From positions 25,978,001 to 26,042,000 of the forward strand of contig OZ024755.1 of NCBI GenBank assembly GCA_964016885.1: DNA of 64,000 bases. The letters run 5' to 3'. Shown piece after piece: positions 1-13,169 of this stretch. The position numbers and the translations under genes are program-made. Position 1 is the stretch's first letter; every line of letters begins with the position of its first letter. The notes beneath the pieces are model-generated. The model was given only the letters and a program-made list of their open reading frames with translations. It searched no databases and was not told where the DNA came from. The stretch comes from Eledone cirrhosa. Taxonomy: Eukaryota.

Positions 1-11
1 AAAAATATATA

Positions 12-57
12 TTTGGCGAAAATGAATGTAAGAGGTGTGACGTCAGTGTATCACGTG
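12..57. promoter_or_regulatory. Motif cluster: E2F-like TTTGGCGAAAA, CRE TGACGTCA, E-box CACGTG
   Basis: Three CpG-containing consensus sites at 12-22, 38-45 and 52-57 in otherwise very AT-rich DNA. Confidence 0.4.
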
Positions 58-1034
58 CTCAAATATTAAAACGAGGCTGTTGAAAATATATTAATGATAG
101 TGATAATTGTATTTTATTTTTTGATAATTATTTTTATAATATTAAAATAGTGTTTTATGGAGCGGGGTGTAATTGTTGTTGTAGTTACTGTGTACACAAA
201 CAGTGAAAACCTAATTTTTATTTATTTAGCATTCCTTTCTGTTATTATATAGATGGTTCATAACCTAATGATAACGAATGTTTAAATATAAATACTGTAC
301 TGACTGATGTCATCCATGCAGTTCTTTCTATGTTGCAAACAGCCAGCGTGTGGTATATATGTGGTATATATATATACTCATTGAATCTTGTTTAACTCTT
401 TAATATATATATACACACACACACACATACAGTGGCTGAGAGAGAAAAACAGAGGGAGAGATTGTGTGAAACAAAAAACCGAAACGGAAACAGCGAATTG
501 TACTAAGTTTCGCTTTAGTCACGGCTATGTACTTAGCTTCTGTATACACGCTCCTATAAGAATATATACTTCTTAAAACTTTGCTCGTGTTTTAATAACT
601 CGTTACAATAGGAAAGCATAGTAATAAAGTTCCAGGTCTCAGATTTGATTCTATCTCGAACTGACAAGGGGTGGGTCTGGGTGAATCAAAAGCTTAAACT
701 TCAGCCACTTAAGTTCCTTTCCGAACTAAATCTGTTTTTATTTCCTCTGAGTTCACTTGGGGTAGGTAGGGAAAACCTCAGAACTCTATCTCCTATAACG
801 TTTAGTGATTAGAAACCAGGCTATATGTAGGCTATGATTTTTTTGTCTTAATTACAGCCACATCAACAAATAGGGGAACCACAGAGACAGGATTCATGGA
901 CCTTCTTTCGTTCTGAAAATCTGTCAGGAAATATATATTTTACCTTTTTTTAGGGGAGGGGGTGCTTTTACTTGAAATGGGAATAGTACTGAAAATAAAC
1001 AAATAAGTAGATTTAGTAATAATAATAATAATTG

Positions 1035-1211
1035 TTTCTACTTTAGGCACAAGGCCATCACTTACCCAGTGCATTACTGGTACTTTATTTTGTCGACCCC
1101 GTAAGGATGAAAGGCAAAGTCAACCTCGGCGGGATTTGAACTCAGATCGTAAAGGGACGTAACTATGCTAGAAAGCATGGCGTCCGACCCTCTACCTATA
1201 CTGCCAATCCA
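1035..1211 (-). mobile_element. tRNA-derived SINE family A; other copies at 10683-10887(-), 10905-11085(-), 8370-8510(+), 30603-30700(+), 37765-37965(+), 59575-59745(+)
   Basis: A box TGGCAGTATCGG, B box GAGTTCAAATCC, shared core TTTGCCTTTCATCCTTACGGGGTCGATAAAATAAAGTACCAG. Confidence 0.85.
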
Positions 1212-1217
1212 ATAATA

Positions 1218-1660
1218 AACTAACTAGAGTACACATAGGTACTTGCTGATACAAAACTAACTAGGGTACTCCTAGGTACTTGCTGATGCAAAACTAACTA
1301 GGGCATCCCTAGGTACTTGCTGATGCAAAATTAACTTGGGTACCCCTAGGTACTTGCTAATGCAAAACTTACTCAGGTACTCCTTGGTACTTTCTGATAC
1401 AAAACTAACTAGGGTACCCCTAGGTTCTCGCTGATACAAAACTAACTCGGGTACTCCTAGGTACTTTCTGATACAAAACTAACTCGGGTACTTTCTGATG
1501 CAAAACTATCTAGGGTACCCCTAGGTTCTTTCTGGTGCAAAACTATCTAAGGTACCCCTAGGTTCTCGCTGATACAAAACTAAGACTCTCCTAGGTACTT
1601 GTTGATATAAAATCCAATCAGACTACATCTTGGTACTTGTTATTGCAAAATCAACTAGGC
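1218..1660. repeat. 37-bp minisatellite, about 12 copies
   Basis: Unit AACTAACTAGGGTACCCCTAGGTACTTGCTGATACAA. Confidence 0.95.
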
Positions 1661-2261
1661 TACTGCCACCCAAAAGCGTATTACTAGGAGGGGTGCCATA
1701 ATATTTAAAGGTCCCCAAATACACGAGGGCCCTGGCGTTTTTTTTTTTTCTTTTTTAGCTAGGGACCCTATTTTCAGTCAGAGGTCCCCTATTCAAGCTT
1801 CAAACTGTCCCCACCCTATAATACAAACATTAGCACTAGATATTTTATTGTTCAGATTCATATAAAGGCCTCCTTAAACTGACCAAAATTGAAACTGCTC
1901 AGCACAAATTATATAGCCATTATTTTGTTTTCCAGCTGCAAAAGTATATTATAACTACACTGTTATAAAGTAGATATATTATAACTAGTTATAATCTAGA
2001 TATATTATAACTAATTATATACTAGATATGTATTAATTACCCTGTTACATACAAGATATATTATAACTAGTTATATACTAGATATATTATAACTAGTTAT
2101 ATATCATCATCACTGTTTTACGTCTATTTTTCCACGCTAGCATGGGTTAGACGAGTTGTCCTGTTGTGGGCAATGGCAGGTCAGGTGACCATATCTTGCT
2201 CATACAGAACTGATTTTGGCTTGATTCCTACAGCTGAATGCCCTTCCTAACACCAACCTCA

Positions 2262-2503
2262 TTTACAGTGGGTACTTTTTGTCGTTACACCTACACGACC
2301 ACTTTACAGTGAATACTGGGTGCTTTTTGTCGTGACGCCTACACGACCACTTTACAGTGTGGACTGGGTGCTTTTTGTTATGATACCCTCAGGACCACTT
2401 TACAATGTGGACTGGGTGCTTTTTTTTGTGATACCTACACGACCACTTTACAGTGTGGACTGGGTGCTTTTTGTCGTGACACATACACGACCACTTTACA
2501 GTG
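2262..2503. repeat. 48-bp tandem repeat (about 5 copies) inside a SINE-like element
   Basis: CCACTTTACAGTGTGGACTGGGTGCTTTTTGTCGTGACACCTACACGA; explains the 16-aa periodic ORF 2320-2547. Confidence 0.9.
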
Positions 2504-3140
2504 GGAAGGGCTGGGGTCATACTGTATATATACTAGATATATATTAATTACACTATTATATACAAGATATATTATAACTGCAGTTATATACTAGATATAT
2601 CATAACTACTCTGTTATAGACAAGGTATATTATAACTACAGTTATATACTAGATATATTATAACTACACTGTTATATACTAGATATATTATAACTACAAT
2701 TATATACTAGATATATATTATAACTGAGAAGACAAGTCCCCGTTGATCACTAATGACCATGGTTTTTCAAATAGAATGTTTCCCTTTGAGGCACAAGCCT
2801 GGGCAAGGTTTATTTGTAGAAGATCAGCAGTGACCCATATATACTAGCCTCCCCTCTCCACGCCACCGATGTTGTCCAAGAGAAAGGCAATGGCTGATAC
2901 AGATTAGCACTAGTGACCTCGCAACTCATTTCTACAGCTGAGTAAACTAGAGCAACGTGAAATAAAGTGTCTTGCTCAAGGACATAGCACATCACTTGGT
3001 CCGAGAATCAAACTCACAACCTCTCAATTGCACGCCCAGTGCTCTAACCACTAAGCCATGCGCCTTCACATCATATCATAACTACAGTTATAAACTAGAA
3101 ATATAACTATATATTATAACTACACTGTTATATACTATCT

Positions 3141-4122
3141 ATGGCGGGTAAAATTCCCGAGATCCATGGACGAGTTCTCTCCAGCGGTCTATGTCCTTCA
3201 TCGTCGCCGTTATGTCCCGCGTCTCCCAGAGAGCAGTGTCTGTCCTTAGGGCATCAGCATGTCACCCTCGGCCTCCCTCTTCCAGTGTGTCCATGTAGGG
3301 ACTCCCACAGAACCACTGAGTGCAGTGTCAACTTTGAATGCCGGTGAGCATGTCCCGCTAACTTCAGTCTCCTCTATGTCACTTTCGAGCTGACTTTTGG
3401 GAGGCTCCTGTTCAGCTCTAAGTCCTTCATCTTTAGTGTTAACGTTTAGAGCCATCGTCAGCATCCTCTTGTAGTACCCATCCATCATAATTTTCATATT
3501 ACTCTCATTCATTCTCAGCCCCACACTCATCGCCACAGTCTCCACCCCTCGCATCAACTCCTCTGGTTCCTTCAATGTGTTTGTCACCAGAGTTATGTCG
3601 TCATCAAATTCAGCATCTGATATCTTTTTAGCCTTAACTCTCCTGCTCTGAGCCGGTCCTACAGTAAAGCCTGAGTCCTGGTGTCTCTCCAGTGCAAGGC
3701 GCATGCAATAGTCCACTGCGATGACGAAAAGGTAGGGAGTCAATGTATTTCCCTGGAGCACTCCAGCCAGTATCTCGAAGAACTCCGTCATCCTGTCAGG
3801 TGTGATGACTTGGGCTCTGGTGTTGATGTAGAGCAGTGATATCAGGTCCACTATGATCTTGGGGATTCCATAAGCCTGTAAAATCTTCATCGGGCACTCT
3901 GTCCACAGAATCAAAAGCCTTCCTGAAGTCAATGAAAACCATGACAGCAGGAAGTCTCTTTGCTCTAACTCCCTCTAAAATTCTCCTTAGCATCAAGATG
4001 TGACTGGTGATTGATCTTCCCTCTCTGAAGTCGTTCTGGTTATCCTTGAGTTTCTTCTCCATCTCGGGCTGGATCCTGTAGGGGGTCTCTTCCACAAGTG
4101 GCGTCAGTGAGATCCCCCTGTA
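3141..4122 (-). mobile_element. Non-LTR retrotransposon RT fragment (RTE-like), frameshifted
   Basis: YRGISL, QNDFREGRS, FIDFRKAFDSV, GVLQGNTLTPYLF, AEFDDDI. Confidence 0.88.
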
Positions 4123-6924
4123 GTATAACTACACTGTTATATACTACATATATTATAACTAGTTGTATACTAGATATATTATAACCAGTTATATACTATA
4201 TATATATATATATAAACTACACTGTTATATACTAGATATATTATAACTATAGTTATATACTAGATATATTATAACTAGTTATATACTAGATATATTATAA
4301 CCAGTTATATACTAGATATGTTTTTAACCAGTTCTTTACTAGGTATATCTTAAACTAGTTATATTTTAAAAAGAATTATTCATCCTCCTTTAGTTAGCCA
4401 CAATCCCCGGGCTGTATTAACTGCGGTCCTTCTTCCGCCGGTCTTCCCGTTTTAAAAATGTATTTATTTATTTTACCGCGCACTTTCATTTGTGTTTTTT
4501 GTTAGATATATAATTAGTTTCTCTAATTTTTACGATATATATTAAAGAAATAGACACAAAGCTTATGTCTTTTCTTTTAAAATACACACAAAAACAGATC
4601 GTAATTCTTTTATCACAGTAAATTTTCGTTCCTTTTTACGGTTTTCTTCTAATCAGTGCGAGAATCTGCCCACCTCCTCACCTCTTTATCTCCTCTTGTG
4701 ACTAAAAATGTGCCGGGAACCGAAGTTTGGTCATCGCTAAACCGTATTCTAGTGGTAAAATCTCTTGACATTATACAAAAAGGTAACCCTTAAGTTTTGC
4801 CTGCAAAGCATTTAAATAAAGATCTTAACGCTGCTAGATGTATTATTAAACGCTTTTTTAAAAATCATAACTAAATTAACAATTGTTGAGAAAATGAATG
4901 AGAGATAAATAAAAGATATCTTTCGCATAGACATAAAAACATTGATTTTTTAAATTTAATCTGTCACGATATAGTTAGTTTCTTTGTGACCTGTAATGTA
5001 ATTCGATCTGGAGAGGAAGAGAAGTATAGTGAAATACTGGAATACAATTTCCCAGGTGCTTTAAAATTGGCTACGTCTCGAATTACACTTTAAATTGATT
5101 AACCTATCTTCTGAGCAGATTTATATGACTGAATTGGCATATTTTGATATTTTGACCAGAATTGAAAACATGAATTAAATTTTATTTGAACAGAGTTTTA
5201 AAACAAATAAAAAGTGAAAAAAAACTAACAAATAAATATCTGTGTATGTGATTGTATATGCACATGTGTGCGTGAGTTAGCACAGCGAAGAGAATCTAGG
5301 TATAAGGAATTCGGGAACAAAGAAGAAAATGTTGCTAATAAATAGAAATAGTATTTTAATGAAAAGTGTGAATATATTTGTCAGTTTTTATAATATATTT
5401 TCTGTTTTTCTCTATAGTTTGACGATCAAAGGTGGAGAATATCATCCAACGTTGTTGCTATCATTATTACGTGCGGACTTTGAATGTTGGCCACTTCCAC
5501 TGTGCTCCTATCTAATACTGCTCCTCTAGTCTCCTTGCTCCGTCACTGACATCAACCTACATTCACTAGCAAACCACCGCCTTTACTGGAGCATCCTCTA
5601 CATCTAAATATATATATATGTATATATAAATATATATATACATATATATATATTTTTTTACGGACCTCAAGGGGTTTGTTGGGCCCCTGTCACCCTCAAA
5701 CTGTCCCCTCCCTTCGTTCTCACTTCTCTTCACATATTTTACTTTTACTCTCTACTCTAATAATTTTCAACACTCAAAACTTCAATACAAACAAGAAAAA
5801 AATATACATCCCTTAAAAAATTAGAAAGGGATAGTCGATTTAAAGTGTCTTTTCTCTACATGTCGATTCCTCTTTTTAATTTCTGTTTCTAATTTATTTT
5901 CCCCTATTCATATCACGAAATCCCTCTCGAATGAGGGAGAATAAGGAAAAACTACCCCATCAGAGGAGAACATTAACACATCATAGGTGTTTTTCTTTCT
6001 TTCTAGCAGTGTAATTTAGAAGTCCCTCGTTTTCTTGTAAACCAAACACTTGCTATCATCACCGTCATCGTTGTCGTGGTGTCGTAGTTATATGAAGACG
6101 TTCACTTGTTAAAACGGACGGACACTTGCCAAACTTGTCGTTAACCAACAATTCAACCAGTCATCCACCTTAATACGACCATCAACAATCTTAACACTAT
6201 TAACACTACTACCACCACTACCAACAATAATATCCAGTACGACCGATACCACTACCACCACCATCATTGAAGTCTTTCAGGCCGAAACTCATCTGTGATG
6301 TCTGCCAGTGTAGATCAGGTAACATTTTAAACACATGTCCTATCTGTTTGTATATCTATCTATCTACACACCCACATATTTCCTTTTCGTCCCCGTCCCC
6401 CTTTATACTTTATATGTATTTATGTTTCCAACCATCCAGCTATGACCATGCTGGAGCACATCAATTTCTATATACGATTTATTTGAAAAACGAAACTTTT
6501 TTCTATTCTCTCGTCCATTAAAACCACATATTTGTGTTTGCCTCACACAGTATAATAATAATGTTCAAACGCAGCATGGCCGAATGAATGGTCAAGAAGT
6601 ACGTATCATGGTTTCGACCCCACTGTGGCACCCTGGGGCAAGTGTCATAGCCAGGTCGATCCTTGGGAGTGAAATTGGGTGGACGGAAACTGTTTGGAAG
6701 CCCTGGTCGAATGGTCTGTATCTAATTCAAAGAGCCAGTAGTGGCACTCCGTATCAAGCCGAATCTTTAAGGGTACACGTGTCTGTATGTTTTATGAGCA
6801 GGCTGTTCCGTTAATCGAACAACTGGAAAACTCATCGAAATCGACAGAGGTCCATTCCAATAAATGTTACATGGCAAATGGATTAAATTGAGGCAGTGCC
6901 CCAGCATGTCTGGAGTCTACTGAC

Positions 6925-7461
6925 TGATGGAGTTGGCCGCCCGCAGGTGCGAGGTCGAGTGGCTGTTTCAGTTCGTCTCCCTCGCTGACCTCCGGGGTAA
7001 TTCATTCTCCATCCTGTCGGTTGGGACCCAGAGGCCTTCGGGCAAGTTAGTTGGTGGTGGAGGATACTCGTTCGGACGTCACTTCTACAACTAAAGTATA
7101 TTTACATTTATACAACTATGAATCTAATTACAACTTATCTAAATGTAACAAGTTAAAAGTATAACAGAATACTAGTGTTACATAATACAATAATTATCCA
7201 AGCTGTGATCAGTATCCACTTGTGTGTTGTATCTTTCTTTTCCTCGATAAACAACTAAACAATTAGATTCAATTGTTTCACCTGTCGTCGTTTCTCATCT
7301 ACATAGGTTAGGTTATATTTAGATTAACCAGTGAGTAAAGGTGAAATGGTGAGCAATGCTTTCTCACTTTAGACTGTCATCGTCAACTATGCTAGCCATG
7401 AATTACACTGACAGACAACTTTAGGGATTATGTGAGTGGACAACTGAGATATTTGTCAACA
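6925..7461 (-). mobile_element. Possible solo LTR
   Basis: CpG-rich block unique in this window, bounded TGTTGAC...CTCCATCA on minus. Flanks CTGAC and TTAAC are only an imperfect TSD. Confidence 0.3.
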
Positions 7462-7930
7462 TTAACTGCTTTATAGCTTGTTAGCTAATGAATTTACTTG
7501 ACTATTTTTACAAACTTTGTTTTATATGCATGTGTGTGTGTGTGGAGGCGCGTGGGCTAATGGTTAGAATATTGATTTATGGGTTCGATTCCTGGACTCG
7601 ATTGTGTGTTGTGTTCTTGATCAAAACACTTCATTTCACGTTGCTCCGGTATACTTAGCTGAAAATGAGTAACAGCTATAGCTGGGGGTTTAACCCTGCA
7701 ATGGACTGGCGTCCTGTCTTGTACTCTCAGTCGCTTAACGCCACAGAAACCGGGATAACACCGGCCTGGTGAGCCTCCAAGCTCGAGACAGTCTGTAGAC
7801 TATATGTGTCTCTAGGTTTAGATGGTTAAACTCCAGCGATCAGAGTTTGAGTAGGTGGGAAAATCTACTCGAAAGTCACTAATGCTCTTACAAAAACCAT
7901 GTACGGACACATACATAGACGTTTTTCATC

Positions 7931-7961
<31 letters not shown>

Positions 7962-8667
7962 CATGATCACTGTCTAATGTCAATTTTCCATGCTTGCATA
8001 GGTTGGACGGCTGTTGCGTGCTGAGGCCTGACTGTTCAGGCGACTTATCTTGCTCATACACTTTGTATTGGCTTGGTTTCTATTGCTGGTTGCCCTCCCT
8101 AACACCAGCTTGTTCTGGGAGAATGGTTTCTATGGCTGAATAAACTTCCTAACGCCCACCACTTTACAGTGGAGCATGGTTTCTACAGCTGGATGTTGTT
8201 CCGAGCACCAACCATTTTACAACGTGTACTGGGAGAATGGTTTCTATGGCTAGATGCCCTTCCTAATGCCAACCACTTTACGTGTGCTTGGAGCATTTTA
8301 CTGTGACTCTACCACTTTAAAGGTTGGACTGGATGCTTTTGTTGTGGAACACGTGTGTGTATATGTATAGGTGGCAAAATGGCAGAGTTGTTAGAACGTC
8401 GGATAGAATGCCTTATGGTATTTGTTCCTGCTCTCTGCACTTTGAGGTCAACTTTGCCTTTCTTTCTTTCAAGTTTGATAAGATAGTACCAGTCCTATAC
8501 TGGAGTCGTTTCTTCCACTATATCTGTTTCTCATTTCTCTATGACACTCTCGCCTTCTCTTGAAGAAACAAGCTGTGTTCAGACCTGGAGAGTTTAAAGA
8601 GTACCCAAGAAACACTGTACGTCGCCATGGTGCTCCTACGACTCTACCAGGAGTTAGGATTCATACA

Positions 8668-8698
<31 letters not shown>

Positions 8699-8980
8699 GA
8701 GAAAGAGAGAGAGTAAGATGGAAATACTTGAGGAGGAGGGCTCATTAAGTGTATACATAGAAATAGTGTGTCACTATCTGAATATGTGTGGGAAAAAATA
8801 CTCCAAACAACTGAGGCTATCCTCGCAATTTCATGACAGAAACTCCCTTTAGAAGTGTTCAGATAATGAGAAACAAACAAGGGAGAGAACTCATAGCCCA
8901 AGATGAACCATGTCTTTTGCAACAATTTGAGACAATGTAATAGGAGTGGACTTTGTCTATAAACCAACTTGGTCAAAACA

Positions 8981-9017
8981 GCAGACATGTTTCAGTCTTA
9001 TTAGATCTCCTCAGTGA
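8981..9017 (-). ncRNA. Decayed minimal hammerhead motif
   Basis: Minus strand: CA-CUGAGGA-GAUCUAAUAAGACU-GAAA-CAUG-UC-UGC. GAAACAUGUC resembles the canonical Penelope GAAACGCGUC after CpG decay. Confidence 0.5.
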
Positions 9018-9174
9018 AGGGTATATTCAGTTTACAAGTTGGCAGGATTGATACAGTTCTCTATGTCTATGCATCTTTGTTGGTTGGTATTCAATTTTGT
9101 TGGAATCAACAGCAAATTCCTCCAGACCAGCTAAATTCCATCCAGAATCTGTCACCCAAGAGACATGGCATATA

Positions 9175-10452
9175 CTGGGTGTAACAATTAAATTGGGACC
9201 ATGTAAATATCTTGATTATAATTGGTATAACTTGGAAAAATCAAACACTGCAAATTTTATGTTTATGCCAATCAATTGTGGAGTGTTTAGCATTTGTTTC
9301 AGTTCTATGTGACCGCCATTTGCTTTCTTTACCAGTTCAAACTGTTTACGAAATGATGCGCATGCCTCAACTATTTCTTCCTTTTTCATTTTACCGAATG
9401 CTCGCTTGATCAAAGCCTTCAGTGAACACACAATTGTGAGAAGTTGCATAGGATATTGTTTCCATTGCACCACATAACCAAAAATCACATGGATTCAAAT
9501 CTGGCAAGCTAGAAGGCCAGATATATTTAGGAACAAACATGGGCAATTCTTTCTTCAAAAGTTCTTGCACTCTTTTTGAAGAACTGGCGGGTGCGAAGTC
9601 CTGTACAAACATGACTCGACTTGCATCATAATGCTTCCTCATCCAAAGCAACAAAACTTCTAAGATTTTGAGATACTCTGCTGTGTTGATTTTAAGACCT
9701 GCTTCAATAAAATGAGGAAGCATCAATTTCTCATTACTTGCAACAGCTCCAAAGAGCATAATGGAAGCCAGATTCTTGTTATTCATAATTGAAGGAACTT
9801 GGGAATGGTTGTATACTATCACTCGTGAGTTTTGATGGTTTGCAACTTCGTCTACCACAAACTTCTTTTCATTCACGAAGATACAGACGTCTCTGCCACA
9901 ATGTTTCAGGTGACTAAGAAGTTTGAGACTTCTTTCAGCTCGAATAGCTTTGGCACAGGTAGTTAGGATTTGATAGTGTCTCCTCACATAAAATTTCATA
10001 TGGAAGTCTTGTCTCACAACCCTAGAAGCAGTCATTTTACTGATTCTCGATCTTGAGCCAATTTCGCCATCGATTTTGATGGGTTTGACTCAATCGATCT
10101 AAGTCTTGCTAAGAAGGGAGGTGTACATTTTTGTTAACTGCGAGGACTGTGAGGTTTTCTCTGAACATACCTGACTATTTTTCAAATTGGCTACAACTCT
10201 AAAAACAGTAGATTTGGCATATTTTGTGGCTCTAACAATCTCCCCACCAATTTTGCCAGCGCGGAATAATTCGGCAATTACACTTCTACAGTTTAATTCT
10301 TTATTAACATTCATAATTTGTTCAATCTAAAGTGAAAAATAGTACATGTGATTATTCAAACTGGTAATATTCAAAATTTAGACTCCAACAAAATCTATAC
10401 AATTAGAAATATACTTTTTTGAAACTTGTCTCAATTTATCTGTACCACCCTG
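9175..10452 (-). mobile_element. Tc1/mariner DD37D (maT) transposon, degenerate
   Basis: Disrupted transposase (NEKKF, HQNSR, GLKINTAEY, QD...WPSSLPDLNPCD with 37-aa spacing) and HTH ORF 10099-10314. Imperfect TIRs CTGGGTGTAACAATTAAATTGGGAC / GTCTCAATTTATCTGTACCACCCTG. Confidence 0.88.
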
Positions 10453-10470
10453 TGTATATGATGATGATGT

Positions 10471-10506
<36 letters not shown>

Positions 10507-10682
10507 TATTTTTATACCTATAAGTTTACAACTCAGCACACGTGTGTGTGTATATCTATATATATATATATCAAGTTAAGCAACAATAAACAATATTTCT
10601 CACCATGTTCCATCCAAAATTTCTTTGTATAATACAAATTTTGTAGTCATAAAACTGTTTCCCAATATATGAAATAATAATG

Positions 10683-11085
10683 GTAGGCACAAGGCCAGCA
10701 ATTTTGGGAGAGGAAAGTCGATTAAATCGACCCCAGTGTGTGACTGGTACTTTATTTTATCGACCCCGTAAGGATGAAAGGCAAAGTTAACCTTGGCGGG
10801 ATTTGAACTCAGATCATAAAGGGCCGTAACTCTATGCTGCAAAGCATGCTGTCCGACCCTCTACCGATACTGCCAATCCACCGCCCTATATATGAAATAA
10901 TAATTGTTTCTACTTTTGGCAGAAGGCCAGCAATTAGCCAGTACATTACTGGTACTTTATTTTATCGACCCCCGTAAGGATGAAAGGCAAAGTTAACCTC
11001 GACGGGATTTGAACTCAGACCGTAAAGGGACGTAACTATGCTGGAAAGCATGGCGTCCGACTCTCTACCGATACTGCCAATCCAC
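10683..11085 (-). mobile_element. Tandem pair of SINE family A copies
   Basis: Two head-to-tail, highly similar copies. Confidence 0.85.
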
Positions 11086-11379
11086 ATGTCAGCAAATGTT
11101 AGATAGACAGTTTAGACCTGAGATACAAGAATTCATTTATTTACAAAGACTCACAATTTGTTTACTTTGAGTTTTTACTAACGCTGCATTTGTTCATTAT
11201 TAAACCTACTTCTGACTAAATATTTTCTATTACAATTTTATATAATATAACATGGTAACCTATCCCAGCTTGAAAAACGAACATAAAACATTGATGATAA
11301 TGATATATACATATATTCTTTTTGCAATGTATGTACATCTATATATCATAGTGATGAATACAACTTGCAGGTAGTTGTT

Positions 11380-11930
11380 CAACACGGCTTAGTCCTCAAT
11401 CATCTCGTTTATTATAGTTGTTCATGCCATAACAAAGGAGTTTTAAGACTGATTGTCTATAGGAACTTTTGTATACTGATGGCCTGGTTCTTATAGCTGA
11501 ATCTGTTGAACTAGAGAAGACATTTCTACTGTGGAGACAATGTAGAATCAAAAAGACTTTGGGTAATCTTAGTAAAGACCAAAATTTTACTAAGTAGAAA
11601 TGAAGACAGGACTCTGGTTCCACCAAGGAAGTGGCCATATTCAATATGTAGAAAAGGAGTGAGTGGGAACTCTATCCAATGTAAAACATGGCTACACAAG
11701 AGGTGTGGTGGAATTGTAGGCAGACTAACAGAAAAAGTAGACTTCATATGTGGCAGATATACAGTGGTCGTCAGTAGGAAGTGCATCAGAGAAATTAAAT
11801 TTTTCCAATCCCAGGATTGTGGCATAATAGTGGTTGATAGCTTCTGTTAGCTAGGTGACCTAACTAGCAATGGAGATGGTTGTTGCTCTGAGAGTATAGT
11901 AGCTAGGATAAGAACAGGATGAAAAAAGCC
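11380..11930 (+). mobile_element. RTE LINE fragment (RT C-terminal part and Cys-rich region)
   Basis: LYTDGLVLIAES, KWPYSICRKGV.GNSIQC..WLHKRCGGIVGRL. Confidence 0.75.
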
Positions 11931-11999
11931 GACTTTTCATTTGTTGAGAGATACTTTTTGTTGTCAACAGGCGTAATAGTGTGTTATGTTACTTTACAA

Positions 12000-12365
12000 T
12001 AAATGACAAGGATATGCAGAGAAAGGCTGGAGAGAAATGAAGAAAAATACACTTTTTCTGTTAACTTGCCAACAATCCAACTACTCCTTGTGTACCCATA
12101 CCTTACTACCAACTACCCCTGTGCTGCCATACTTTCTTTCTCCAGATTTTCCTGCCTTTCTTGTTCCATCTTATGCTTATTCTGATGTCACTAATAACTA
12201 ACTTATGTTGTGTAGTGCATTCTTCTCTGGAGAGGGTCTTGGTATTTATAACCATCTGTCTATCTTGTTTTCTAAGAAGTCAGTCTGGCATGTGTATTCA
12301 CCTGACTGGTTGGTGATTAGGTGGCTGGCCAGTTTGCTGAAGTTAGTGTTGTAGATAGTTCATTT
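12000..12365 (-). mobile_element. RTE LINE AP-endonuclease remnant
   Basis: Minus strand: NTNFSK..SHLIT.QSG, QTDF, QHKLVISD. Confidence 0.6.
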
Positions 12366-12699
12366 GCATTACAGAATTCTTGTGTCCTCTTCTATTCTCA
12401 AGCAATAATATTTGCAGATAAATGGAGAGATAATGTAATTATATTGACCAGAATAACTGTTAGACTAAGGTGAAGTTATAACTGCTATCTCTGAGTACAC
12501 ACTACAATCAGAAGTTTCAGTCTTTGTTGAGATTCTTATGAGAGGCCATCCATGGAGAAATACAAAACTAAAGGCTTTCTGGTCACCATAATCATGACTA
12601 TATTGAATAAAAGGACTGTTTCAATTGTAAACTACTTCATTTACTAATGACGCTGAATTCAGTATCTTGGTTGGTGTCTTTTATGGACATGTTCAACAG

Positions 12700-13120
12700 C
12701 TGCATGGCAGCTATAGATACAGTACAGAGTCAGCTACATGGTGATTACAGACACAGTACATGGTGGCTATAGATACATTACATGGTAGCTACATGGTGAT
12801 TATAGACACAGTACATTGACAGCTACATGGTGGCTACACATACAGTACATGGACAGCTAAATGGTGGCTATAGATACAGTGCAGGGGCAGCTACATGGTG
12901 ATTACAGACACAGTACATGGTGGCTATAGATACATTACATGGTAGCTACATGGTGATTATAGACACAGTACATTGACAGCTACATGGTGGCTACACATAC
13001 AGTACATGGACAGCTAAATGGTGGCTATAGATACAGTGCAGGGGCAGCCACACGGTCGCTATAGATACAGAACAGACAGCTATATGGTGGCTATACATAC
13101 AGTACATGGATAGCTACATG
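12700..13120. repeat. Minisatellite with a monomer of about 34 bp and a 157-bp higher-order duplication
   Basis: CAGCTACATGGTGGCTATAGATACAGTACATGG units; the block at 12731 recurs at 12888. Confidence 0.9.
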
Positions 13121-13169
13121 GAGGAGAATGTTTTTGTAGATTCAACAGAGGGAGCAGCTATTGAGGTTC

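Larger units (their letters stand above)
1945..4370. repeat. AT-rich 24-29 bp minisatellite split by three insertions
   Basis: TATACTAGATATATTATAACTA(CACT)GTTA blocks at 1945-2103, 2520-2725, 3070-3140 and 4123-4370. Confidence 0.9.

Noticed and set aside
1218-1660. CRISPR-like 37-bp periodicity with a palindromic unit
   Set aside because: Units abut with no unique spacers, there are no cas genes, and the context is eukaryotic.
4405-4452. Minus-strand KREDRRKKDRS* resembling a basic protein C-terminus
   Set aside because: No upstream AG acceptor or extended ORF; more likely CpG-rich regulatory or neutral DNA.
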